Part shown: positions 18,200 to 25,988 of the stretch, piece after piece
Layout: the number at the start of each line of letters is the position of its first letter
How positions within the stretch are numbered: position 1 is the first letter of the stretch
Assembly: GCA_944366945.1 (NCBI GenBank)
Contig: CALVWJ010000001.1
Location: 98,404-162,403, forward strand
Source: an uncultured Clostridia bacterium
GTDB lineage: Bacteria; Bacillota; Clostridia; Christensenellales; CAG-138
Direction of reading: 5' to 3'
DNA length: 64,000 nucleotides
Program-made: the position numbers and the translations under genes
Notes under the pieces: model-generated
Told to the model about the DNA's origin: nothing
What the model saw: the letters and a program-made list of their open reading frames with translations, nothing else
The model's database searches: none

Positions 18200-18220
18200 T
18201 TTTGGTGAAACTGGGGCAGC

Positions 18221-18700
18221 TTAGCGGCTTACGATCAAGTCCCCAAGCGTAAGGGGAATCACCATTTGCAGCGATGCGAGCGGGAGCTCGACTTGATGCC
18301 CGATCTTCCCCGCGCTGAAGGTGATGGTGGGGTATGCAGCGGCGCTTTCCTGCACAAAGGTGGGAAATTGCTTCTTCATACCAATGGGGGAGCATCCGCC
18401 ATGCACATAGCCGGTAAGGGGAAGAAGCTCCTTGGACTTTATCATTTCGATGGATTTTTCCCCCGCGCAACGCGCCGCCTTTTTCAAATCCAGTTCTTCC
18501 GCTACCGGGATCATGAACACATAGTATTTTCCGCTTTTTCCGACAGTCACAAGCGTTTTAAACACCTGTGCGGGGTCTTTTCCAAGCAGCGCAGCTGCTT
18601 CCGTGCCGCTCACTGGCGTGTCGCCAGTTGCAAGGGCATAATGCTGGTATGCGAGCTTATGCCGATCCAGCGTGCGCATAGCGTTTGTTTTTTCTTCCAT
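18221..18700 (-). CDS. ybaK: Cys-tRNA(Pro)/Cys-tRNA(Cys) deacylase
   Basis: Start set at ATG 18700 (MEEKTNAMRTLD..., the typical YbaK N-terminus). About 159 aa. The longer ORF-track N-terminus has no support. Confidence 0.8.
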   Translation of the reverse strand: MEEKTNAMRTLDRHKLAYQHYALATGDTPVSGTEAAALLGKDPAQVFKTLVTVGKSGKYYVFMIPVAEELDLKKAARCAGEKSIEMIKSKELLPLTGYVHGGCSPIGMKKQFPTFVQESAAAYPTITFSAGKIGHQVELPLASLQMVIPLTLGDLIVSR

Positions 18701-18813
18701 AAGATCACCAATTGTTTTTATATCCCATATCTGCAAGGATAGAATCATGAAAAACTTGGCCATTGAGCTTATAGAGGTGGCTTGGTGGCTGTTTCCCATC
18801 TCAATGGCACAGG

Positions 18814-18846
18814 GAAAAAACATCAAAAGTGGCAAAAGCCACTTTT
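18814..18846 (-). terminator. intrinsic terminator after uraA
   Basis: On the minus strand: AAAAGTGGC-tttt-GCCACTTTT followed by GATGTTTTTT. Confidence 0.7.
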
Positions 18847-18906
18847 TGTGATGCATCGGCTTCCACGCCCTTGAATTGGGCATAGAAGCCGAAATTATCG
18901 TTTTAT

Positions 18907-20253
18907 TTAGGCCTTTTTGTCGCTGCGCTTTTCGCCGATGGAAAGGACGGTATTCACAAGAATGCCGAGGATGAGCGCGGTAGCGATGTTGGTAATGGTA
19001 ATCTGGCCGAACTTCAAGGTCAAACCGCCGATACCGGTGATGAGAATCGTTGCAACCACAAACAGGTTGCGGTTCTTATCAAGGTCGATATGCTTGAACA
19101 TCCGCAAGCCGGAAACCGCAATGAAGCCATAGAGCGTGATGCACACGCCACCCATTACGCAACCCGGGATGGAGTTCACGAACGCCACAAATGGAGCAAA
19201 GAAGCTCAAGACAACACAGCCCAGGGCGGCGGTCGCAATTGTGATAACAGAAGCGTTACGGGTGATTGCTACGCAGCCGATGCTTTCACCGTAGGTCGTG
19301 TTCGGGCAGCTACCGAAGAATGCGCCGACCATGGAACCCACACCATCGCCGAGCAGCGTACGGGCAAGGCCGGGTTCGCCGCTTACCAGATCCTGGCCAA
19401 TGATGCTCGAAAGGTTTTTGTGGTCTGCGATGTGCTCAGCAAACACCACGAACGCTACCGGCATGTACAGCACCGCGATGGCGCCGAGATTTGCCCAGTC
19501 AAAGGTTTCCTGTGCAGCCTTTAAGAAGGCAAACTGCGGGACGTGAATCCAGCCGTCGATGCTGCTGAAGTCCAGCGCTGTAAGCGCGCTTACGTCAAGC
19601 ACCTTGAGCGCATCGCAGTTGGTGGCATTGCCGATGATCGTGAGGATGCCGGCGAACACGTAGCCGGAAAGAATGCCGATGATGAAGGGGATAAGCTTTG
19701 CCATCTTCTTGCCGAAGGTGGAGCATACAACAACCACAAGAAGGGTTACGAGTCCGCAGAGGATATGGATGAGGCTATAGGAGCCGGAAGTGACGTTGGT
19801 AAGATCGCTGATGGCGCTTCCTGCAAGGGAGAGGCCGATGATGGCAACCGTTGGCCCAATGATGATCGGTGGCATGAGCTTATCGATCCAGCGGGTACCG
19901 AACGCTTTGATCGCGATGGCGATCACAACATAAACCAGGCCCGCGAGGATTGCGCCCACGATGATTCCGAAATAACCAAAGGCGGTTGCGGAATACATTG
20001 CGGAGAGGAATGCGAAGGAACTTCCAAGGAAGACAGGGCTCTTTGCTTTGGTGAAAGCGATGTAAACGCCAGTTCCCATGCCTGCGCCAAGCAGCGCGGC
20101 GGCAATGTCCATTTCAAGGTTCTGAACGCCGTTTGCATTCACCAGCACAGGCACAACCAGCGTAGCCGCCATGATGGCGAGCATCTGCTGCAACGCAAAT
20201 ACGATGAGCTGGACGAATTTGGGTTTGTCTTTGATCCCATAGATGAGGTTCAT
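18907..20253 (-). CDS. uraA: uracil/xanthine permease (NCS2 family)
   Basis: 448 aa polytopic protein of NCS2 type, lying 39 nt downstream of pyrR in the same orientation. Confidence 0.85.
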   Translation of the reverse strand: MNLIYGIKDKPKFVQLIVFALQQMLAIMAATLVVPVLVNANGVQNLEMDIAAALLGAGMGTGVYIAFTKAKSPVFLGSSFAFLSAMYSATAFGYFGIIVGAILAGLVYVVIAIAIKAFGTRWIDKLMPPIIIGPTVAIIGLSLAGSAISDLTNVTSGSYSLIHILCGLVTLLVVVVCSTFGKKMAKLIPFIIGILSGYVFAGILTIIGNATNCDALKVLDVSALTALDFSSIDGWIHVPQFAFLKAAQETFDWANLGAIAVLYMPVAFVVFAEHIADHKNLSSIIGQDLVSGEPGLARTLLGDGVGSMVGAFFGSCPNTTYGESIGCVAITRNASVITIATAALGCVVLSFFAPFVAFVNSIPGCVMGGVCITLYGFIAVSGLRMFKHIDLDKNRNLFVVATILITGIGGLTLKFGQITITNIATALILGILVNTVLSIGEKRSDKKA

Positions 20254-20292
20254 GTGACGATCTCCTTCTTTCCTGCGTAGTTTATATAAGTT

Positions 20293-20859
20293 TTATTCCT
20301 TATCCTGTTCTTGCGTGTGGCCGCTCACCTTGAGAATTCGCACCCCGGTTTGGCCATCCGTTTCGGTTAAACGCACGGAGACAATTTCACTCTTTGCTGT
20401 GGGGATGTTCTTGCCCACGTAGGTCGCTTTGATGGGGAGTTCCGCATGCCCACGGTCGATTAGCACACAAAGCTGGATGCGCGCTGCGCGGCCAAGGCGC
20501 GTGACTGCGTCAAGCGCTGCGCGCGCTGTACGCCCCGTATAGATCACATCGTCCACCAGCACGACGTTCCAATCCTCTATGGGGAATGGGACGTTTGTGG
20601 CGTTAAGGCGGGGTTCGGGATGGATGCGGGCTAAATCATCCCGGTAAAGCGTGATGTCCAGTTCGCCCACGGGTATGGATGTGCCATCGATTTTTTTGAT
20701 GTTTTCGGCGATGCGCCGTGCCAGCGGAACGCCGCGCGTGCGGATGCCAATGAGGCAAAGGCGCGCGACGCCGTGGTTCTTTTCAATGATTTGATGGGAA
20801 ATCCGCATGAGCGCGCGTTCAACTGCCGCTTCATCCATGATTTCCGTTTGATGCAGCAT
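20293..20859 (-). CDS. pyrR: bifunctional pyrimidine operon regulator / uracil phosphoribosyltransferase
   Basis: Start set at ATG 20859 (MLHQTEIMDEAAV...). PRPP-binding motif VVLVDDVIYTGRT. Confidence 0.9.
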   Translation of the reverse strand: MLHQTEIMDEAAVERALMRISHQIIEKNHGVARLCLIGIRTRGVPLARRIAENIKKIDGTSIPVGELDITLYRDDLARIHPEPRLNATNVPFPIEDWNVVLVDDVIYTGRTARAALDAVTRLGRAARIQLCVLIDRGHAELPIKATYVGKNIPTAKSEIVSVRLTETDGQTGVRILKVSGHTQEQDKE

Positions 20860-20880
20860 GCTACACCCTCCATTCAAACA

Positions 20881-20911
20881 CAAAAAAACCTGCCCCGGAA
20901 GAGCGGGCAGG
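20881..20911 (-). terminator. attenuator terminator in pyrR leader
   Basis: On the minus strand: CCTGCCC-gctcttccg-GGGCAGG followed by TTTTTTTG. Ends 22 nt before the pyrR ATG. Confidence 0.7.
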
Positions 20912-20954
20912 CGAAAAAGCACAAACGGCCAATTTCAATATCAGCTTGTTTCAA

Positions 20955-20989
20955 CGCCTTGCCGGAAGCTCTGTTCCGAACTTAAAAGC
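20955..20989 (-). promoter_or_regulatory. PyrR-binding stem-loop (anti-antiterminator)
   Basis: The minus strand reads GCUUUUAAGUUCGGAACAGAGCUUCCGGCAAGGCG. This matches the architecture of PyrR binding loops: UUUAA, a stem, an AGAG-containing loop, then GCAAGG. Confidence 0.6.
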
Positions 20990-21001
20990 ATCACCTTGCG
21001 C

Positions 21002-21030
21002 ATTATGCCACGTTTCGACATGCTTGTCAA
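21002..21030 (-). promoter_or_regulatory. sigma-A type promoter of pyrR-uraA
   Basis: On the minus strand: TTGACA (21025-21030), a 17-nt spacer, then CATAAT (21002-21007) preceded by TGG. Confidence 0.55.
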
Positions 21031-21075
21031 CATTTTTATTGGCTTTTGGAAGAGATCGTAAAGCGCGCCTTGCTG

Positions 21076-21103
21076 TTGACGCTAAGCAGGAAAATGGTAT
21101 ATC
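21076..21103 (+). promoter_or_regulatory. candidate promoter of the M20 leader
   Basis: TTGACG (21076-21081), a 16-nt spacer, then TATATC (21098-21103) preceded by TGg. Confidence 0.35.
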
Positions 21104-21712
21104 ATAATCCCAAAAGAAACCGTTTAGAATTTCAGAAATAAAGGGATAAGCGCATTACGAAAGATAAAAAGAGGAGCTGGAAAATGAGAAGGGCATGAAC
21201 CGTGCTGCTCGCAATGCTTATTTGCTTTTGCAGGAGGGATGGCAAGAGCGCAGCGGAACTCAATTGCTATGCCTATAGTATGGAAAAGCCTTTTCAATGT
21301 GTGCGCTCACGGCTCCTTATCCCAATGGCGCAACCTATTCCCGGGCAACCAGCGGGGACGGCATGCCCCAAAGTTGGAGCAATGCGTATAGCTTCAAGCC
21401 GATCACCTAAGAGATGCTCCCATCGATGCCCTTTTCCGGAAATGCTGCTGGGAGAAAGCAGCTTCCGGCCGAAACGGCTCCTTGCAGCCCTTGAACTTTT
21501 CCCTGCCTTTTTGATTAAGCCATGGGAGCGCTTTTAAGGGTGCCGGCTTAAAAATGCAGAGCCATGTGAGATCGGATTTGGCGCGCTCCCAGCGTTGGCA
21601 TTATGGCGCATTATGGGCGCTATTGTGATGAATGCATTTCGGAGGGTGCTGGATGCGGCCCCCTCGAAATACAGAATACAACTCAAATAAATTAAATAGG
21701 AGGGATAACGGG

Positions 21713-22834
21713 ATGGATCGTAAGCATTTGGAACTGGCCGTGGAGCTACGCCATGCACTGCATGCGCATCCGGAACTTTCCAACCATGAGGAATGGACGC
21801 GCGCGGAACTCATGCGCTTTTTGCGCGCGCATACGGATCTTGCGGTAATCGACCGGGGAAGTTGGTTTTATGCAGTGTACCGTGCACCGCAGGCAAAGCG
21901 GCGCATCGCGTTCCGTGCGGATCATGATGCGCTTCCCATCGAGGATGCATGCGATGTGCCATATGCTTCCCAAATACCGGGCGTGGGCCATAAATGTGGC
22001 CATGATGGCCATAGCGCTGCCCTTGCAGCGTTTGCGATGGAAGTCGATAAAAACGGCTGCCCGAACGATGTATATTTTATCTTTCAGCCTGCGGAGGAAA
22101 CGGGCGATGGCGCCATCCAGTGCGCGCCGCTCATCACGGAAGAAAAGATCGATGAGGTATTTGCGTTCCATAATTGGCCGGGCTATCCACTCGGCACGGT
22201 ATGCATCCGAAATGGGGCAATCAACTGCGCTTCTCGGGGCATGACCATCCGCATGGTGGGCACACCTTCCCATGCAAGCATGCCAGAGTGCGGGAAAAAT
22301 CCTGCCTTTGCGCTTGCGGAGCTTGTTCATGGCGCGCCAGCGTTGCTGGATCTACCTTGGAAAGCCCTCGTGCTTGTAACGGTAATCGGCTTAAGGGTAG
22401 GTGAAAAGGCCTTTGGCACGCAGGCAAGTGAAGGCGAGCTTTATTTGACCATCCGCGCTGAGCAGGAAGCGGAGCTCGATGCGCTCGCCGAAAAGATCGA
22501 GGCAATGGCAGCGAGCGAAGCGGCGCGCTATGGGTTGACCTGGAGCGTGGAATACTGCGATTGCTTCCCTGAAACGGCAAACGACCCTGTGAGCGCGGAT
22601 AAGGTGCGTGCGGCGGCGCGGTCGCTGGGCTATCCAGTTCAAGAGATAGAGCATCCCAAGCGCGGTTCTGAGGATTTTGGGCATTTTCTCAAGCGTGCGC
22701 CCGGGGCGATCTTCGAGATTGGTGCAGGCGTAGACTATCCCCAGCTGCATACCGCGCAGTTTGATTTTCCGGATGCTTTGATTGAGCCCGCAGTTGAAAT
22801 GTTTAAGCAGCTTGCGGCCGAATCGTTGGAGTAG
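21713..22834 (+). CDS. M20D family amidohydrolase (N-acyl-amino acid amidohydrolase / hippuricase-like)
   Basis: Start at ATG 21713, behind AGGAGGG. Motifs HxxPELSNHE and GHKCGHDGH. Confidence 0.85.
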   Translation: MDRKHLELAVELRHALHAHPELSNHEEWTRAELMRFLRAHTDLAVIDRGSWFYAVYRAPQAKRRIAFRADHDALPIEDACDVPYASQIPGVGHKCGHDGHSAALAAFAMEVDKNGCPNDVYFIFQPAEETGDGAIQCAPLITEEKIDEVFAFHNWPGYPLGTVCIRNGAINCASRGMTIRMVGTPSHASMPECGKNPAFALAELVHGAPALLDLPWKALVLVTVIGLRVGEKAFGTQASEGELYLTIRAEQEAELDALAEKIEAMAASEAARYGLTWSVEYCDCFPETANDPVSADKVRAAARSLGYPVQEIEHPKRGSEDFGHFLKRAPGAIFEIGAGVDYPQLHTAQFDFPDALIEPAVEMFKQLAAESLE

Positions 22835-22913
22835 CATTGCACAGAAATGCGCGGCGGCAAAACGATGAACCTGCAAAAGCTCTAGGCCGCCTTGGCTGAA
22901 ATATGTAAACAAT

Positions 22914-22940
22914 GAAAAAGTGGCGCAAGCCACTTTTTCA
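22914..22940. terminator. bidirectional-looking hairpin after the M20 gene
   Basis: AAAAAGTGGC-gcaa-GCCACTTTTTC. Confidence 0.7.
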
Positions 22941-23569
22941 TTATGCAGGCAACTTGTTGTAACAAGGTGCTTTGGGAAAAACCGGTCAAGTTCGGCCTAT
23001 TCGCTCCGGCGCTGTGCGCGGATGGATCCGGAAGAGGGCCACACTGCCTGTGGCGATCCGCCTTGCGCCAGAACAAATACGGCCGAACTTGACGCTGCGC
23101 CCTTGAAACGGGCAGACTATCGGAAGACGGGCGTGGAAGGAGGGCGGCCAGTCCTCTTGTGGTATGCCTCCCGACGATGACAACGCAGCTACCCAAATAT
23201 GCTTCCTTCAAGACGATATTTCCATAAGCAACAACCCTTAAATGGAGCGGAACCAAAAGAAACCATAGTTCTGAAGGCGATATATTGGGGTGACGATTTG
23301 ACTTTGCCGGGGAGCTTTCCGCAGAGGATATGGCTTTCCCTTTTTATACGGTTACTGCGATTCCATCCCATTGGAAGATGGAGTTTACCTTCCATTTATT
23401 CGGGCATAAGGTAGTCTGCCGGGGGATGGGGCAGTTCCATTTCCAAAGCCGGACAACACAACGCCGGAGCAAATGATCGACAATCCCTGCCCCGCATGCT
23501 CAGCTTCCTTTGCGCGGGAGGTGGCTGCTCTGTGCACCCGCCTCCCTTGCGCATTGTTTCATGTTCCCA
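22941..23569. ncRNA. gene-free interval with long-range helices; candidate stand-alone structured RNA (unassigned)
   Basis: No credible ORF in about 630 bp between convergent genes. A 13-nt perfect inverted repeat (22985-22997 with 23081-23093) encloses the hairpin GCCACA-ctgcc-TGTGGC (23038-23054). A GC-rich hairpin lies at 23512-23552. Confidence 0.25.
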
Positions 23570-25066
23570 TTAGGAAAGTAGCGCGTCCATCCCAGTAGTG
23601 AGGATGCCGATATTGTCGCGATAGATCGTGTTAAATTGCGAGATCGGCAGAGGGTTCGTGCCAAGCCCGGCTTCAATGGTATAACCCGGCTTGTTATAGG
23701 TCTGGATAAACCAATCGCGATACCCCGCATAGGAATTGGCAGGTCCGGTCTCCAAGGAGTAGCCACTTGTAGTCGCCATTTTCTGTGCGATTGCGTAGGA
23801 GTTTTCCGGCTCATATTCCTGGTACTTCCAATAGATTACGCGCCCTTGGGTATGGTAGGAAAGGGTAAGCGCGAAATCATGCGCACGGGTGTAATCGTAG
23901 AGCGCGCGTGTTTCGGGTTCGGAAAGGGCTGCCGTTCCAACATAATTCTGCGGGCCAGGCTTGGTATAGCCTTGCGCAAATTTTATTTCGCGTTCCTTTT
24001 CCCAATCTGCAGGGTAATTGCAGTTTAGGTCTACACCTCTGATGTTTGCTTTCCATCCGCTCGGGAACGGGATGGCGGGATATGCTGCAGCAAGCGTGCG
24101 CGCGCTTTGATAGTAGCTGCCGGAATCGATCGCGCCCGTTACAAGGTCCACGCCATCCGGATTCACAAGGGGGACGATATGGAGCGTGGTTCCGCTGTAA
24201 AGCCGTGAGGCAGCTACACCGCCAATGCGCCCGCCCGTAGCGAATGCATCCGCATAATCTTCAAGATATTTAAGCAGAATCGGCGTGGTAATCCATTCGT
24301 TTGCGTGATGGGAGGCATTGTAAAACACGTGCTTGCTTCCGCTTCCGATCGTGAGCGCAAGAAGCGGAGAACCGGTTATGCTGTTCCCGATCGTGCTGCG
24401 CGTGAGAAAAGGATAGCGCGCAGTGAGTCCTTCGGCGATGAGCTCTGTAAGCTCGGAAGTATAAGCTATGTTGGTTGGCACCACATCGAACGGGAGCGGA
24501 ATAATAAGCGTTTCTCCCGCATAGATGAGGTTCGGGTTTTCGCGCGGGTTGGCGATCAGCAGCGCTTCCACTGTGGTGCCATAGCGCCGCGCAATTGCAG
24601 AAAGGGTATCCCCGCGCTTCACGGTGTACTCAACGTAGCCAGTCAAATACGGCTTAAGTGCGGTAAGCGTGCGCTCGCCCACGATGCCGTCTACCTGCAG
24701 GCCATTGGCTTTTTGAAAAGCGCGCACGGCCGCGTCAGTCCGGGTGCCGAAAATGCCATCCAGAGCGCCCGGCGAAAAGCCTGCGCGCTCCAGCGCGAGC
24801 TGGATCATTTGCACATAGGGGCCACGATCCCCTTTGCGCAGCCAGGATTCTTCCACGGCCATATAGGGAGCAAGGGCGGCCCAGGTTTTGGGACCTACAA
24901 TACCGTCCACCTGCAATCCGTTGGCGCGCTGGAAGGCGCGCACTGCCGCTTCTGTACGGGAACCGAAAATGCCATCGATCGTGCCGGCATCAAAACCGGC
25001 GCGCTTTAAAGCGCGCTGGAGTACCTTAACGTCTTCGCCCCGGTCGCCGCGTCGCAATGTTCTCAT
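23570..25066 (-). CDS. cell-wall peptidase: 2x PG_binding_1 + LysM + M14 carboxypeptidase domain (gamma-D-glutamyl-meso-DAP peptidase I-like)
   Basis: 498 aa. Two tandem GDRGxxVxxxQxAL...DGIFGxRTxAAVRAFQ repeats, a LysM (YTVKRGDTLSAIARRYG), and the zinc motif HHANEWIT. Confidence 0.85.
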   Translation of the reverse strand: MRTLRRGDRGEDVKVLQRALKRAGFDAGTIDGIFGSRTEAAVRAFQRANGLQVDGIVGPKTWAALAPYMAVEESWLRKGDRGPYVQMIQLALERAGFSPGALDGIFGTRTDAAVRAFQKANGLQVDGIVGERTLTALKPYLTGYVEYTVKRGDTLSAIARRYGTTVEALLIANPRENPNLIYAGETLIIPLPFDVVPTNIAYTSELTELIAEGLTARYPFLTRSTIGNSITGSPLLALTIGSGSKHVFYNASHHANEWITTPILLKYLEDYADAFATGGRIGGVAASRLYSGTTLHIVPLVNPDGVDLVTGAIDSGSYYQSARTLAAAYPAIPFPSGWKANIRGVDLNCNYPADWEKEREIKFAQGYTKPGPQNYVGTAALSEPETRALYDYTRAHDFALTLSYHTQGRVIYWKYQEYEPENSYAIAQKMATTSGYSLETGPANSYAGYRDWFIQTYNKPGYTIEAGLGTNPLPISQFNTIYRDNIGILTTGMDALLS

Positions 25067-25274
25067 ATCCGTTCAACCTCGCTTGCTTTTTGCTGCATAC
25101 TATGCTGGGGCGCTGCAGAAGGTGCAGCGTTACAGAAGAGAGAGACGGTAGACAGCGTTTTTTCCCTGCACTTTCGGGCATCCTGTTGTTAAATAAATCT
25201 TAATTGCTTTGGCACTACGCTTTTAATGCCGGCCATGCTACAATGAGCATGTAAATAAGAGGGGGAGAACATGC

Positions 25275-25988
25275 ATGTATAATATCCTCATTTGTGATGA
25301 CGATCGTGATATCGTCGCAGCGCTGAAAATCTATCTCACTGCAGAAGGGTATCACACGTTTGAAGCCTATAACGGGAACGATGCGCTTGGCATCATTGCG
25401 CGCGAAACAATCCATCTTGTGCTGCTGGACGTGATGATGCCCGGGCCGGACGGCCTTGCCACTACGGCGGCGCTGCGAGAAAAAAGCAATATTCCCGTAA
25501 TCCTGCTTACTGCAAAAAGCGAGGACACCGATAAGGTGCTCGGCCTTTCCATCGGCGCGGATGATTATATCACAAAGCCGTTCAATCCCATGGAGGTGCT
25601 CGCCCGCGTCCGCTCTCAGCTGCGCCGCTATACCATGCTGGGCGGCATGCATGGCATGGAAAAAAAGCCTTCCATTATTTCCATCGATGGCGTAGAGATA
25701 GACGATGAGGCGAAAACCGTTACAGTGGATGGCGAGCCGGTAAACCTTACGCCCATTGAATATAGCATTTTGAAACTTTTAATGGAACATGCAGGCAAGG
25801 TGTTTTCCTCTGCGCGCATTTATGAGCTTGTATGGAAGGATCCGGCATGGGGCGCGGAAAACACCGTGGCAGTCCATATCCGGCACATCCGCGAAAAGCT
25901 TGAAATCAACCCGGCTGAGCCGCGCTACTTGAAAGTGGTGTGGGGGCAGGGCTATAAATTTGAGAAAGGATGCAAAGGCAAGCAATGA
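25275..25988 (+). CDS. OmpR-family response regulator
   Basis: 237 aa. Receiver domain (LLDVMMPGPDG) plus a winged-helix C-terminus (VWGQGYKF). Confidence 0.9.
   Translation: MYNILICDDDRDIVAALKIYLTAEGYHTFEAYNGNDALGIIARETIHLVLLDVMMPGPDGLATTAALREKSNIPVILLTAKSEDTDKVLGLSIGADDYITKPFNPMEVLARVRSQLRRYTMLGGMHGMEKKPSIISIDGVEIDDEAKTVTVDGEPVNLTPIEYSILKLLMEHAGKVFSSARIYELVWKDPAWGAENTVAVHIRHIREKLEINPAEPRYLKVVWGQGYKFEKGCKGKQ

Noticed and set aside
21202-21537. 111-aa plus-strand ORF inside the long M20 leader.
   Set aside because: It has a Cys/Arg/Pro-rich low-complexity sequence, no Shine-Dalgarno and no recognisable family. I treated it as non-coding.
22941-23569. Tested the interval for tmRNA, RNase P RNA, SRP RNA and 6S RNA.
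   Set aside because: No GGGG...GGAUUCGAC 5' end, no T-arm with CCACCA 3' end, and no tag ORF ending in LAA. No GAGGAAAGUCC or ACAGAAxxxGGCUUA RNase P blocks. The CCGGAAGAGGGCC at 23029-23040 resembles but does not match the SRP GGAAGCAGCC helix-8 motif. It is kept only as an unassigned candidate.
24660-25060. Internal DNA-level tandem similarity.
   Set aside because: It is explained by the two PG_binding_1 domains of the M14 peptidase gene. It is not an independent repeat element.
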